A stretch of DNA of 64,000 nt from Takakia lepidozioides (taxonomy: Eukaryota; Plantae; Bryophyta), in NCBI GenBank assembly GCA_030704615.1, contig CM060731.1, forward strand, positions 63,798,001 through 63,862,000. Direction: 5' to 3'. Below the pieces are notes generated by a model that saw only the letters and a list, made by a program, of their open reading frames with translations, was not told the origin of the DNA and made no database searches. This document shows positions 36,646-50,773 of this stretch, in pieces. The translations under genes were made by a program, and so were the position numbers. Each line of letters starts with the position of its first letter. The stretch's first letter is position 1.

Positions 36646-39525
36646 CTAAGGTAGCCTGTGCCGTTGGCCCAATCATCCAAGTCCAAGTGCAATCCCCTAT
36701 GTATCAAAGTGCGTCTCCTACTCCGAGGCCCAAATGCGACCTCTAGGGTAGCCCGTGCCCTTGGCCCAAGTGTCCGGTGTCGTCTAAGTCCAAGTGCATG
36801 TGTGAATAATTGAAATCTAAGACCAAGTGCAATTTCATATGTCCCTATTGCGTCTCCTATGTCGAAGCCCATTTAAGCCCAAGTGCAATTTCATATGTAC
36901 CCCAATGCGTCTCCTATGTCGAGGCCCAAGTGCGACCTCTAGTGTAGCCTATGCCGTTGGCCCATGTGTAAAAAATTGAAATCTAAACCCAAGTGCAATC
37001 TTCTATTCATGTATCCAAGTGCATCTCCCATGTAGAGGCCCAAGTGCAACCTCCAGTGTCCAATGTCATCTAAGTCCAAGTGCAATCCCAAAGCCCACTT
37101 TGCTATTTGTGCAATCTCCCTTTTCGAGGCTTCATATATTGATATATCCACTTTGCTATTTTTCATGAATTTCCAACGACCAAAAACACTTGAAATACCA
37201 AATCTGCCCAATAAAAGAAGTATGACGCTCTCGAAGGGAGCGTAACTTATGGTGTCACTTGATCCCGAAGGGCTACTGGCTTCCAGTAGGAGGTGGACAC
37301 CTTCATGACACACCAGACGGTGGTTTGAACCCACAACCACATCCAACGTGGTATGTGCCCATTACCACTGGACTACATGTTGGTTGTCAATCTGCCACAT
37401 GATGGCCCAATCATAGCTCCAAGAAAGCCCACTTTGCTATTTTTTTCGAATTTCCGAATCTCCTATGTCGTGGCCCAAATGCAACCTCGAGGGTAGTCTT
37501 TGCCATTGGCCCAAGTGTTTAATGTCATCTAAGTCCAAGTGCAATCCCCTACGTATCTAGAGACCCTCATGTTTGGGAGATCTAGGCCTAGGGTAGCCTG
37601 CGCCATTGGCCCATGTGTGAAGAATTGAAATCTAAGCATAAGTGCAATTTCTTATGTATCCAAGAAGGTCTCCTATGTCGAGGCCCAAGTGCGATCTCTA
37701 GTGTAGCCTATGCCATTGGCCCAAGTGTGAAGAACTGAAATTTAAGCCCAAGTGCAATTTTCTATTCATGTATCCAAGCGCATCTCCCATGTAGAGGCCC
37801 AATGTCCAATGTCATCTAAGTCCAAGTGCATTTTTTTTTTCTTTTTCAGAGAGCCTAGGTTAGCCTGTGCCGTTGGCCCAAGTGTCCAATGTCATCCAAG
37901 TAAGTTTTTTTTCCACAGAGCCCACGACCAGATTTGAACCGGAGACCTTTCCCTTGATATCTCTCCCGTCGAGGCTCCAACCATTGTCCCAGGAATGTCC
38001 ACTTTGCCATTTTTGCTATTTTTTGTGAATTTCCAGCCTGCAAAAGTACTTGGAATTCCGTATCTCCCACAGGCAGGTCCAAAAATCATGAGACCAAGCC
38101 CATGCACCCCTCCTCGTCAAGGGCTTTCCAACGGTACCAAGCACCGGGGCTGGTGCCTTGCGGTTTGGGACATCTCAACGTGACAAAACAAAACAAAACA
38201 AAACAAACGTCTAGCTTCATAGATAGACTAGGGTAGTATGTATCCCAGTGCGGACTCTCCTATGTCGAGGCCCAAGTGCGACCTCTAGTGTAGCCTATGC
38301 CGTCGGCCCATGTGTGACGAATTGAAATCTAAGACCAAGTGCAATTTCCTATGTATCTACGTGCGTCTCCTATGTCGAGGCCCATCTAAGCCCAAGTGGA
38401 ATCTTCTATTCATCTATCTAAGTGCATCTCCCATGTAGAGGCCCAAGTGTCTAGTGGATCATCTTAACGCAAGTGCAATCTCCTAAGTATCCAAGTACGT
38501 CTCCCATGTCTAGGGTGGTCTGCGCCGTTGGCCCAAGTGTCCAATGTCATCTAAGTCCAAGTGCATCAATATATGAAGCAAGCCATATCTAATCAATTTT
38601 TTTTTTCAGAGAGCCTACGACCAGATTTGAACTGGAGACCTTTCCCTTGATATCTCTCCCGTCGAGGCTCCAACCATTGGAATGCCCACTTTGCCATTTT
38701 TGCTATTTTTTGTGAATTTCCAGCGACCAAAAGTACTTGGAATTCCACATCTCCCTCAACGCTTGTCAAAAAATCATGATACCAAGCCGATGCACCCCTC
38801 CTCGTCCATGGCTTTCCCTTTATATCTCCAAGTGCTATCCCCTATATATCCAAGTATGTCTCCTATGTCGAGGCTTAAATGCAACCTCTAGGATAGCTTG
38901 TGTCATTGGCCCAAATGCCTTAGTGTCATCTAAGCCCAAGTGCAAGATCTCATATGTATCCTACTGCGTCTCCTAAGTGAGGCCCAAGTGCGACCTCTCT
39001 AGGGTAGCCTGTGCCGTTGGCCCAAGTGTCCACTGTCATCTAAGTCTAATGATTTAGCTATATCTAATCATTTTTTTTTTCCACATAGCCTACGATCAGA
39101 TTTGAACCGGAGACCTCTCCCTTGTTGTATCTCACGTCAAGGCTCCAACCATTCTCCAAGGAATGCCCACTTTGCTATTTTTCTCGAATTTCCAACACAC
39201 CCAATGTCATCTAGGTAAGTTTTTTTCCACAGAGCCTACCACCAGATTTGAACCGGAGACCTTTCCCTTGATATCTCTCCCATCGAGCTCCAACCATTGT
39301 CCAAGAATGCCCACTTTGCCATTTTTGCTATTTTTTGTAAATTTCCAGCGACCAAAAGTACTTGGAATGTCACCTCTCCCTCACCGCTTGTCCAAAAATC
39401 ATGAGACCAAGCGTGCACCCCTCCTCATCTAGGGCTTTCCAACGCAAGGACCCGCGCTGGGGCCGCGGTTTGGGAGATCTCAGCGACGCCACAAAACAAA
39501 ACAAACATCTCGCTTCATATATTGA
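36646..39525 (-). mobile_element. Compound Helitron-like repeat array with many reiterated 3' ends
   Basis: About 10 copies of CTAG(G/T)GTAGCCTRTGCCRTTGGCCC (reverse complement of the hairpin-CTAG end); 5'-end motif TC..TATGAAG on the minus strand near 37142, 38227 and 39524. Confidence 0.65.
37210..37388 (-). mobile_element. tRNA-derived SINE
   Basis: A box TAGTCCAGTGG, B box GGTTCAAACC, T-rich tail, flanking AATCTGCC duplication (37201-37208, 37389-37396); second copy at 60687-60867. Confidence 0.82.
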
Positions 39526-39808
39526 TATACATATATGTGTTTATTGGCTCCTCCCTATAAGGGAGAGACCACGCATTGGTGCCAAAAATGAGTAAGATCC
39601 CGATATACCTCCACTAGATAATACCTACATGAAGCACATAACCCTCCCCCACTTAAATGCTAACTTGAATGTACCTTGATTGGATAAGATCCATAGATGA
39701 ATCTTACATATATAGATATTCATAAATAGAGACCCATAAATAAACGGTATATAGCATATATGGATAGACATATAGTATCTATATTTCCCTGTGTTTCTAC
39801 GTATCTAC

Positions 39809-42690
39809 CTCTGCCTGCTCAGCTGCACCGTGGTGGTTTTCACAGACCAATCCGACGTTACTTGACGACACACACAAGCAACACACACAAGAGGTCCTTT
39901 TGGGTTGATGGTAGATCAAATCCTCCATGGGTCATGACACAAGGTCAAGGACAATGTGGTGAGGCACCTTCTTCTTCAACCTATTTCAGCCTGTTTTGCC
40001 CTCTCATCAGACTCGGCCCTGAGATACATATCAAATTTTGTAAGTAGCTCGTTGAGTGGATCTGTGGTGGTTAGATTCGACCCTGAGATGCATATCGAAT
40101 TCTGTAAGTAGCTCGTTGGGTGGATCTGTGGTGGTTAGAGCGGGCCGTGTTTCTATCTCTGCCCGCTCAGGTGGTTCTCCCAGACCAATCCGACATTACT
40201 TGACTACAGACACAAGCAGCACACACAAGAGATCATCTTGGGTTCTTGGTCAGTCAAATCCTCCATGGGTCATGACACAAGGTTGAGGACAATGTGGTGA
40301 GACACCTTCTTCTTCGACCTATTTCAGCTTGTTTTGCCCTCTCATCAGACTCGGGCCTGAATGTGCATATCGAATTCTGTAAGTAGCTCGTTGGGTGGAT
40401 CTGTGGTGGTTTGGAGTGACTTTGACAAGTTGCTGCCGATGTGGCATCAAGAAAGTACCCAAAAACAGATAATAGAGATTTGCAGTATCTGTGTGAAATG
40501 GTCAGGTAGTTTATGTTGATGGTGGTCTCCAGTTTGCATCCTTTGTCAAACAAGGGTGCATGTCCATAAATGGAAAATGGTGAGTGTGGGGGGTGAGGAG
40601 GTGGCTGTGAAGGTGTGGAGTGTTGTCCTCTGTTCTGTTAAGATGAGGTATGAAGTTCGTGAAAGAGAGACTGCTTGCAGGTTTGTTGTTCAACTCTTGT
40701 TTTTCTTATTGCAGGAAGCTTTGTGGAGGGATGAAGGCCGGAGTTACCAGTCAGATAATGATCAGTTGTTTGAGAGGTGGCAATCCAGGGAAGAAATAGA
40801 TAGGCTAGGTCAGGATGGCCCCCGAATACTTGGAGACAAATGCAACACGACCACCACAAGGAAATAAAGTAAGATAAGATGCGATGTCATTTTGAAGGTT
40901 GATGTCGAGATCAGGAGCGTCTGGAATGGTGCTTTTACAAGAGAATGTGTTTATTTGGGAACATGTTTCAAACTGATGAAATGTCAATAGTGGGTTTCAA
41001 CCAAAAGTCACATTCTTTGCCTTCATTGCTAGCCTTGGTGGACCTATGCAGTGAGTTGTAACAGCATTGCCAAAACCACCTTGTTCTAGTTGTACGGCAT
41101 TTCACACTTATGACCACATGGTGGGTGGGTGGATGGGCGGGTGCATATAAACACTACATGGGACTGGTGTGATATGAGTTGGGCATTGACCCAGAATTAG
41201 CCATTGGGAGCCCAGCGGCTTAACCAGGGTGTCTGCTCTGTTGGGCAGACTACAGGAGCAATTTGCGGACAGATGGGAAGGAAATGCTGAAGCATTGAAG
41301 AGGTATCAGCTCTGGAACCTCTGAACTGAGATGTGTTCATTAATGTTAATGTCAGAAGATGCAAGGAAGTGAACATGCAAGAGACAGGGTCTAGGCTCAG
41401 AAACAAAGTGAGAAAATCGCAATCCCTGCAAATGCTGACTATGTGGTATCTTGGCATGGTTTTCGTAGGTCATACACCTTCCTGCTACATTACCATTTAT
41501 CTAAAATTTCTCTTGTTTAATTTTACATCAAAGCTTTTACTCAGCTTTGGAATGAACGTTTTTCCAACCCCAGTCAATGGTGGGACAATGGAGGCAAAAA
41601 GGTGCATGCCTGTTGGATTACAGAAAAGTTGATGCAATTTAGAATTGGACTCTACTGTAATAAGTAGGGTTGGGGTGTTTGCTGGAAGAACTTCACGTTG
41701 TGCTGAAGGAGCGGGGATAGAGTGTGGGTCCAGATTCATCCAAGAGGGCCGGATTTGAAGCTCCAAATTATCTATGATTCCTTGTGGAAGGATAGCTACA
41801 AGAAACCTACATGGGTAGATGTGTCAACTGGAAGCCACAGCAGCAACGGCACAATTGATAGGCACTGCTACTTAAGGCACCTTCTTCAACACATTTCACC
41901 CTTGTTTCCCCTCTTATCAGAGTCGGCCTTAAATTTTCATGTTGAATTCTGCAAGTTAGCTGGTTGAGTGAATCTTTGATAGTTTGGAGTGATTTTGACA
42001 TCATACTGCCAATGTGACATCAGGAAAGTATCCAAAAACAGGTAACAGAGACGAGGAGAAGCTGTGGAATGAATACTTTTCTGACCCCAGTCAATGGTGG
42101 GACAACCGAGGCAAAAAGGTGAATGCCTGTTGGAAGGAATGCAAGTAGCATAGGAACTAGTGTGATAAGTAGGGTTTGGGTGTTTCCTAGAAAAAATCTA
42201 GCCTGTCATTGTCAACTGCTAGCAGCAAGGCAAGGATGTATGCATGATTTGTGCAGAGGCATTGATAGCTGAAGATAAAGGGATAGAGTGTGGGTCCCAA
42301 TTCATCCAAGAGGGCCAGATTTCAAGCACTAGATTACCTATGAATCCCTGTGGATCAATCGCTACAAAGAAACCTGCATGGGTAGATGGTCAACTGGAAG
42401 CCACAACAGCAGCGGCACAATTGATAAAATCAGGCACTGCTAATGAAGACACCTTATTCAACACATTTGACCTTGTTTTTCCCTCTTATCAGAATCGGCC
42501 TAAATTTCCATGTTGAATTCTTCAAGTTAGCTGGTTGAGTGAATCTAGTTTGGAGTGACTTTGACATGATACTGCCAATGTGACAACAGGAAAATATTAA
42601 AAAAAGGTAACAAAATTGAGGAGAAGCCGTGGAATGAATACTTTTCTGACCCCAGTCAATGGTGGGACAACCCAGGCAAAAAGGTGAATG
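39809..42690. repeat. Inverted relative of the 9370-10753 repeat with internal tandem units
   Basis: Duplicated blocks 39809-40045/40158-40380 and about 41545-42135/42060-42690, matching the reverse complement of 9370-10440. Confidence 0.72.
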
Positions 42691-42699
42691 CCCGTCAGA

Positions 42700-42950
42700 T
42701 TACCAGATGTCATTCTGAACACTGCCCTGGTGGACATGTATGCCAAATGTGGGGGCATCGAGGATGCAAAGGAAGTGTTCAACACTATGCAGGCTGAACA
42801 AGATGTGGTGTCGTGGAGTGCGATGCTTGCAGGGTATGCAGAGCAGGAGCGCGAAATGGAGGCTTTAGAGACCCATGAGCAAATGATGGGGGGAAGGGGT
42901 GAAGCCCAACCTCATAACGTTTGTATGCGTTTGCAATGCTGAGAGCCATG
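42700..42950 (+). pseudogene. PLS-class PPR gene fragment
   Basis: PDVILNTALVDMYAKCGGIEDAKEVFNTMQAEQDVVSWSAMLAGYAEQ, then a frameshift. Confidence 0.82.
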
Positions 42951-43324
42951 GTGGCTCCCCTGACTGCATTGTAAGTGTTGCAACTGTTCGACTCTCTTCC
43001 ATTTGTTTCTCAAGTGTCCATCTTTTGTCATCATAAAACAGTCTGGACTTGCCAGGTTACTGAAGCTACCCTTCATTACGACTTATGAGTACATTCTCTC
43101 TTCCTCTCTTGTATCTTACTTTACATTGTCCAGGGTATTCTCTCTGAATACAGGAAGTTGCAAGTGATTGGAGCACAAGGTAGGGCTTATGTATGTAGTC
43201 CCCAATGGTTGATGTCATGGTTGATGTCATGAAGCCAATGCATATCATTTAGACAAGATTTTCTGTGATCTGATCCAACAAGTGGATGTGCGCAGCTTGA
43301 AATCTTAAGAACGTTCCCTGGGAC

Positions 43325-43560
43325 TCTATTTTAGTATCTATTTCAGTATTTCAAAATTTCAATCAAGATTTTCAGTATTTCAGCGAGTTTTTTAGCAAGT
43401 ATTTCAGTTTTTCAGCAAGTTTTTCAGTATTTCAGCGAGTTTTCAGGTATTTCAGTATTTCAGCCAGTTTGTCAGCAAGTATATTGATATTTCAGCCAGT
43501 TCTTCAACAAGTATTTTAATATTTCAATGAGTATTTCAACAATCATTTCAATATTTTAAT
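43325..43560. repeat. Degenerate minisatellite (GTATTTCAGC-like units)
   Basis: Repeated gtatttcag/tttcagcaagt motifs. Confidence 0.7.
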
Positions 43561-44055
43561 AACTAGTAAATTGGAAGATCACTTTTGTAATATCATACAT
43601 CAATATTTAATTCACACATCAATAAAGTTGTGCCAGGACCTATGTCCCCGAATTTATAAATAAATCAATCAATCAATTTTCCTCTTATGCAGAACATGTT
43701 TGACATATAATTCGAATATAAAGTAAACAGCCAACGTCCTTACAAAAAAGATTAAAATAAAATAAAATCGAATATGTGATATGCAATATGGTATATTTCA
43801 ATATAATATTTTTAGGGAAATTTTCAACTTAAGAGTTGTAGGGTGGAGCCATTACGCGACTAGCCGCTTGTTTTACTCCATTTCTACCACATTACTCTAC
43901 AAAAGATATATTGTACGTGAAATATTACAACCCTAATTTTGTCCATGAAACAGTGTCACACCCCGGAATTCATGAGAGATATTACGAAGAAGAATGAAAG
44001 AAGAGTACGGCACAATATCCGACAAATAATCTACAACGGATTGCCGTTGATTGTG

Positions 44056-45331
44056 CATGGTGGTCCGCCACATGTGGCCCAGGTAGGGTACGTGTGCTAC
44101 GGTGCTCTGCTCATCATATGAGTATAGGACACCCTAATGCCCTGACCTAATTTTCGCTTTCTTAAAATCAAGCGTAGCTCAGCTGCTGGTAAGTGCACAG
44201 TGTGTCACCTCCGTGTTTGGGGGTTCGCCCCCCTGCCCTGCCCTGTCCATGTGTGGATGGTTCCTGACGGTATGTCTGGCTGTTGATCGTCCTGTAGGTC
44301 TCATGGCTCCCAGGTTTCCTCTTAAATTTAAAAAAAATAAAATCAAGTCCCAGACAGGAATTTTTACACGTTTTTTCCTCGGGCAGAGGGCTGTAATCGC
44401 AGATGACGGAATTCTGCCCCAGGTCAGCTATCCGCAAGGTCTTTACAACAGGTAAAATCCTGGCCCTGGGTCTTTCCTGGATTTTATGCCCCTTCCCTCG
44501 AACTCCGCCCTGGTGAGAGGCGCCTCAAAGTCCTGGGGCCAGGACTTGACCTAACACAAAAAGGCCGTAGACAAATATATCTCCATAAGTTCTTATTATG
44601 CAGTTGAGCAACACTTAGCAGCATTGGACTTGGTATATATATATGCGGACAATATTCCCACAACAACAAGAAATGTGCCAAGCTGGGATTTGAGCCCCAT
44701 TGGCAGTGCGGACGCTATCCATCTAGGCAAGGCAACCCATTGGAAAGTTAGCCATGGCTGACGGAACAATAAGGCCGGTAGGTAGGTAAATATACCTTGT
44801 GAAGGGTACCGCATGTTGGTAGCTGGTTAACTTTAGCCAGCCATCACTGACTGTGGTTAACTAGAATGAATTCTATTATGCAGTGCTGACTATATTTGTA
44901 GAAGTCTGAAGGACCCTAAGAAAATACGGCCACTGAAGAAATGGGTCCAGGCTGCCCATCCACTAATAAGCTAGAACCGCTATGGCGTCGCCCACAGAAC
45001 CTGCGGGTCCAGCTGGGCTGGCCATCTGGATGAGAGTGTTGAGGAATACTTGGGGCTCCCTAAAAGAATCCCGGGCAGAGGAGATCTGGTCGGCGCATCT
45101 CCACCCATCCGTTTACATCTAAAAACGTTCGGGCAACTTCTACTCCAAAAATGTTCAAAATTTGTGGGGATGTGCAAAAGAGAGCTGAAGTTTTATTTAA
45201 TTTTGCAAAATTGAGGGGCCCCAAATACTTACAAGTATTTTAGAAAATTATTTGTGTAGCACGGCCTCTTTTGTATTCCCTAGACTTATATGATGAGAAG
45301 GGCATCCTAGCACATGTGGCGGACCACCATG
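44056..45331. mobile_element. Possible non-autonomous TIR DNA transposon
   Basis: Inverted repeat CATGGTGGTCCGCCACATGTG at both ends plus a further matching subterminal block (CTCATCATATRAGT); no TSD found. Confidence 0.45.
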
Positions 45332-45720
45332 TTTAAATTTACCGCAGAAGGAAATCAGTTTCACCAGCTAAACTAGTTGGGTGTTTGTGCCGTGCATGTG
45401 CATAGCCAAGGGGATCAAGGGTTCAAAGTGTCCACCTTCCAAGGGAAGGCAGTAATCCTTGGGGATGAAGTGACACTAAGGTAACCTCACCCAATTCCCA
45501 CACCCCACTTAACACTGTCACCTATAAAAGCCCCCATTCCATTAAAGCATTGCCAATCCGATGCAGGTAAAAACACATGTTTACATCATTGGATGAAGAA
45601 TCATAGGATGGATTGGAGGATGAGTGTGCTAACATGAATTGGTGAGTCTACTTCTAACCAGGTAAAAATTCATAACTAACTTGTACCTACTCCAAATTTT
45701 TTGAAACGGTTCCAAATGCC

Positions 45721-46042
45721 CATAGTTAGGAGGTTCTTTGATTCAGCTACAAACCTCCGGAGGTTATCAAGAAGGTTATATGGATATGTGGTTCTCCAAA
45801 AAACAACGAACCGGCAAAGGCTCATAACCGTCGGTTACATAGTTTTGAGATAACCAGCCTGAAAACCGTCAAAGATCAGCCAAAACCGCCTGTTCTTTGA
45901 GGTTTTTACAATTAATCAGAACTGGTGGTTCTTTCCATAAAAAATATCAGAACAAACCAGAACCGGAGGTTCTTTGATCTTTTGATTTTGTGAAAACCGG
46001 AACCGGAGGTTATGAGAGAAATCAAATAACCGCCCAACACTG
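45721..46042. mobile_element. hAT-like MITE
   Basis: Imperfect TIRs CATAGTTAGGAGGTT / AACCGCCCAACACTG, internal AACCGG repeats, degenerate 8-bp flanks CAAATGCC/CAAATTAC. Confidence 0.55.
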
Positions 46043-46101
46043 CAAATTACGGCCCTTTTCCGGGCAGGGGGTCACTTTTCCCGGGGAGGCTAAAAAAGGG
46101 T

Positions 46102-46116
46102 GCATTTAAGGGTTAA
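46102..46116 (+). mobile_element. Isolated piggyBac-type terminus
   Basis: GCATTTAAGGG|TTAA, identical to 63753-63767. Confidence 0.45.
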
Positions 46117-47011
46117 AAAATACCTTAGGGCAGCTATGTGTCAGATCAAGGTAATTTTGCTCCTTTAAAAAGGAAGGAGAGGTTTGTACGTGTCAACAAA
46201 CAGACTGGACGATAAGAGAAAACGAACTTTTTGTTTTCGTTTACAACATAGACGACTTATGTGATATATTGAACTGCGAGATGCTGTGTAAGGTGACATG
46301 TTAGGTGTTTTGAGTGCTCTGTTGGGATTCTATACTCCTAGTTAAGCAAGCATTGCCTTCACTTACCTTGACAATACCCAGCATCATAGAGACGAGCATT
46401 GCCAATGGCAATCTTGTTCATGCATTGATTACAACACTGGCATCAACAGAAACCCAAAAAGCAAGATGTTGATCCCAGGAGTGTAACATTACTTTTCTAG
46501 CTGATAAGGGAATGCATCATAAAGGGTAGAAGGTAGAGACATAAATGGTTGGACATTGTCAGCCCAACAAGGATTTTGCGCAACTTGACGACGAAGCAAA
46601 ATGTTGATACCAGCAGTGCCAAGTATGTAGCCGACAAGGAATGCATCACATTGGCTACAGCAGAATGCAAGGCAATGTTGAAGAAACAGGGCATAGACCT
46701 AAATATAGAGAGAGTTGATCCAACTAACTACTCGTCACAAGAAAACAGAATCATATTGCTACAAAACTTTACACAAATGTTGATAGCAGTCTGCATTGCT
46801 AACACTGCTAAAGAGTGTCTATCCTCAGAGGCCATGTGAACACAGGATCCTCTCAACCCAGTAGTGAAGGTACTAGCTTCATCAAAGAATGTACATTCAT
46901 CTCCGGTTAAGACCATATCAGCAGATGAACATTGCATTAGAATGTAAAATATGGGGTGGAAAGTACATAGACACAAAATATCTACATCCGATTTCAATAC
47001 TTTGGAACCTT

Positions 47012-49809
47012 TTAAACAGTGTCGCTCCTGCTTAAGAATTTCTTTGCAAAACGGCCCAAAAACCCACCATGAGGTGGCTTGTCATCCGTGCTTTTGTCTT
47101 TCAAATCTGTCTTTTCATGGAAGTCCTTTGCAATAGCCTCAACCTCTTCTTTTGCTCTCTCTCCCATCCCAGGAGCTTTCACATCAGAGTTTACATTAAT
47201 GTCTCGGCTGGTGCTATCCCCTCCTTCCTGAACCCCATAACATAGTTACAACTTTTAAATCATGTGAACATTGTACCATCTACAGAAATACATCTGTCCC
47301 TCACCTTCTCTTCATCAGAATACTTCCCAAGGGGTTGGGGGATGGCACCAAAGGCTGTCCTACCAAGAGTTTGGACAAACTCCAGCGCAAATGGGCAGAC
47401 CAGAGTAGCATGCAAATCACTGACGTCCATTTCCTGAGTACCAAGTTCCTTGTGCTCCTGTAAGGACCCATGTACTACACATGCTGTAGATGTTTTAAGA
47501 CTCAATCAAAACCAGCTGTTTCATTCGCAAGGGAGTAAAATGTTGGAGAAATGGACCTGAGTGGCGACCGGAGTCTTCTCGTCAATCTGATGTGAAGCTT
47601 TAGGAACCTGGCCTACAGATCCCTCTGAGTCTGCCTGGTACCCAGTGCCCAGCTCGGTGTTATCCACAGTCTTATTTGCTGGTTCCACTGCTGGTTGCCC
47701 GCTAACCTGAACCACATAAATAAGATCATGATTGTGAAGAGCAGATCAAAATAAAAAACCCAGTATCACCCAGACGTTATCCTGAGTGTGTTTCCTCGAG
47801 TATCCTGAAAGGGTTGCACTCCCATAAATTAGAGAATCACCTGCTACATAGATTACCTCTGTTGGCTCGAGTGTTCCATCTCCCTTCCTGCCTTCTTCTT
47901 TTTGGCCTGGTAAAGAACCAGAGTCTTCCTCCGCTCCAGACCCCACTGCACCCCCTTTCACAAAGACCTTTTTCACCTTTGTAAGCAAACCAGGTTGGGC
48001 GGCAGGTGCTGGTGCAACACCTGTAAGTTCTGGATGAGGATCCCCACTCCCTTTTCCCTTTGCTTTGTCTTCAGCAAGTTGGAACCTTCCTCTCAACTTT
48101 TGAAACATAGAAGGCTGGGCATCTTCCTCCACTGTCACAGTACTTGTCAGGTTTGGATTATGATGTGTCTCTGGCTCTGAAGTTTTGGTCTCTGGCACAT
48201 TGGTTGCTGCATCAGCCATTTTCAAGGATAATTAGTGGTAAGCAGATCTGGCAGAACCATAGCATTGAACCATAAGGATCTGGCTTCAAACTATGTGTCC
48301 AACTTGCATCATTTCTTTGAGCTACTGTCTGTATGCTGTATGAGTTCTCATTGGTATACAGCCTGGCTGGGGTTCACAAATTTTGCTACTGCTTTCCACT
48401 GCTAAAATAGAAGGAATTCCCATCATTTGGATAGCGAAATGAGGATTGACTCATCATCTCAAATCTAAAGCTGTTAACCCAAGTACCAGAAGGAAACAAA
48501 GTAGGATGCCACCCTGGCCAAGAACATGACAAAAGTGTACAGCAATGCTTCCATGGCTCTATCATATGGTTCCTCATGATGCTAATCTGCAGTCAGCAGA
48601 ATTCCACTAAAAGGTCAGGACGAGTTGCTAAGATAATGTCCATCTAAAGCTTGACCTACACACTAATTCCAGCTCTAAACCAATTTTTCCCATTCCAACT
48701 CTTGCAGACTATTAGACATCCCAACCCGAATTCAACTTCTTGTATTTGCTTATGGAGGAGAAACCAGTTGACAGTAGGCTTTCTGCAGCGCAAGTGATTG
48801 GGCTTGAATTGTGGGAAAGAGAGAAGGGAGAGGGGGAGGGAGACCTCAGCTAAATGTAAACTTCAACTATGATGTACCTTGGACTTCGACCTCTCTGGCT
48901 GTGAGTGCACTCACTAGTATAGGAAATTCCCACCCAACAGCGGACAGCAATATCATTGCAGCAAAGAGAGTATATCATTTGCGGAAATCATAGTGCCAGC
49001 ACAATGTTGACTCAAGCATTGCTCTTGTGGTTCTTTCCTAAGACGCAAATAAAGGGCCATTGAGAACCACGGTCAGGAAACGAAAGCATCTTGGAGACCT
49101 CACTTCTACATCAATCAGATCTACTTTATTTAACTCCATGATCAGACCCTTTCATATTGACACTGACCTCCAGGGCTGTCATCTTTACTTTCTGCAGGGA
49201 GTTCCTTGGCTTCCCCTGAGGGAGAGACATCATCGTCTTCTTCAGCTTTATTCGTCAGGCCTGTTGAGTCATCTCCTGCAAGAAAGCCACATCGTATCTA
49301 CTATGAGCAGGTTTAGCCTTAGTTACTCTTTCCTTCCCCTCGCCTCCAAGTTTCCCCTCACTGTGGAGCCAAACAGTCTGTAATAGTCGCTCTGAAGATA
49401 AAGATTGATGTTAGCTTCAATGTATCTGATGAACAGCAATCGACACCGGCCAGAAAAGCTTTGTGTGCTCTATATCACACACCAGGACAAACTCCACAGA
49501 AGTCTTTGCAAAGTTTCCATAGTAATTCCCGAAAGCATGCTATCCTGAAATGGAGCGTCGAGAAGACGGATTTGGAGAAGACTACTGTGGTATATAGAAC
49601 ATCGGAACTCTTTTTTCACAGGAAGTAGATACTTCGACCAACATGCTACAGGCAAGAGCCGGTCGAGAAAACGGAAGTCGTAAAAAAGATTTGATGTAAT
49701 TACCTTCCACTTTAGACTCCACCTGCACGGCGGGGACTCCAGGATCTACGTGACTTTCCCGGCTCTCGACCTCCGACGCACCATCTGATGTCTGAAGAGG
49801 CTCTGCCAT
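47012..49809 (-). CDS. Uncharacterised hydrophilic plant protein, about 7 exons (approx. 49704-49809, 49169-49276, 48879-48899, 47858-48207, 47558-47706, 47305-47358, 47012-47227)
   Basis: GT-AG bounded open exons; C-terminal SRDINVNSDVKAPGMGERAKEEVEAI resembles a conserved plant motif (DI...VK.P...ER.KEE.EA); small internal exons uncertain. Confidence 0.65.
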
Positions 49810-50039
49810 TCCTTCCAACTTTCAAACTACCGATTCAAAGCACGCTGCACACGAGATTGAGAGAGGAAGAGACAGAGAAAAGTTCGAAACGATTGTCACC
49901 AGGAACAAAGACAGAGCAGCCAAAGCCGATGTATGAAAGCAGATCGAAATTGCGTGTCTGAATCGATCGAGGAAGGAAGTAGAAGCGAGTCTCGTCTTTG
50001 AAAGACGCCTTCCCAGAATTGAGAAGAGGGAGAGGCAAA

Positions 50040-50380
50040 GCTACTTACTGCATACGTGGCAAACAACTGGCCCCCGAAACATTGACCCGCCGAAAATAAG
50101 ATCGTAACGTCGTTGTTTTACCGTACAATCGAACCACAATCCAACAGGTGGCATGGCGCCATGACTGCCGCGCTGGACCCACTCAACAGTAGGCCCCCCT
50201 GACTGCCAAGTGCCGGTATTCCGTATGGGCTCCGCAAACTTGAGACGCAGCAACCGGCCAGTAGAATTGGCTAAACTAGCACGAGCGTGGCGAAACTATT
50301 AAGCAAAATCCGGTGCCACGTGCGCACCTCATCTCTTGCCACGTATCGGATCAAAAGCTCCTCGCCTCGTGGCAAAGGCT
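50040..50380. promoter_or_regulatory. ABRE/G-box cluster in the divergent promoter
   Basis: TACGTGGC 50053-50060, GCCACGTG 50315-50322, GCCACGTA 50338-50345, plus CGTGGC half sites. Confidence 0.5.
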
Positions 50381-50773
50381 GGAATAGTGTTTTTTGATTT
50401 TTTCATCAACGATGTGGATGAATGAAGATATAGGAAATGCGGATGAATTTTAAGTAAGCATCACTCTCTACAGATATTCCATCCTCTCCCACGTAATATT
50501 CTCTTGATACTTCTCACATAATAGAGGTTCTGAGCTCAAATCCACATGGCCTCATGGAGAGGCAAATAGCTGATGGTCGGTAAAGAAAAACCTGCCATAA
50601 CAAAGGGCTGTTATAGTCAGTTGAGCCAAAAGCATCCACCCTAAGCTGTGGCTGCAGTAGAAAAGCGCAGCCGCCGTCGGCGGCTGTAGGCTCTTTGCGT
50701 GTGTGTAAAGCTGCGAGAGAGAGAGAGAGAGAGAGAAGTGAGAAGCAGAGATTCGTGGCTCGGAGCAGCAGTC

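Noticed and set aside
36646-39525. CRISPR-like array
   Set aside because: Eukaryotic context, degenerate repeats, non-unique spacers and no cas genes
46497-46997. Short ORFs on both strands
   Set aside because: Lie in the probable 3' UTR of the minus-strand gene ending at 47012; no recognisable homology
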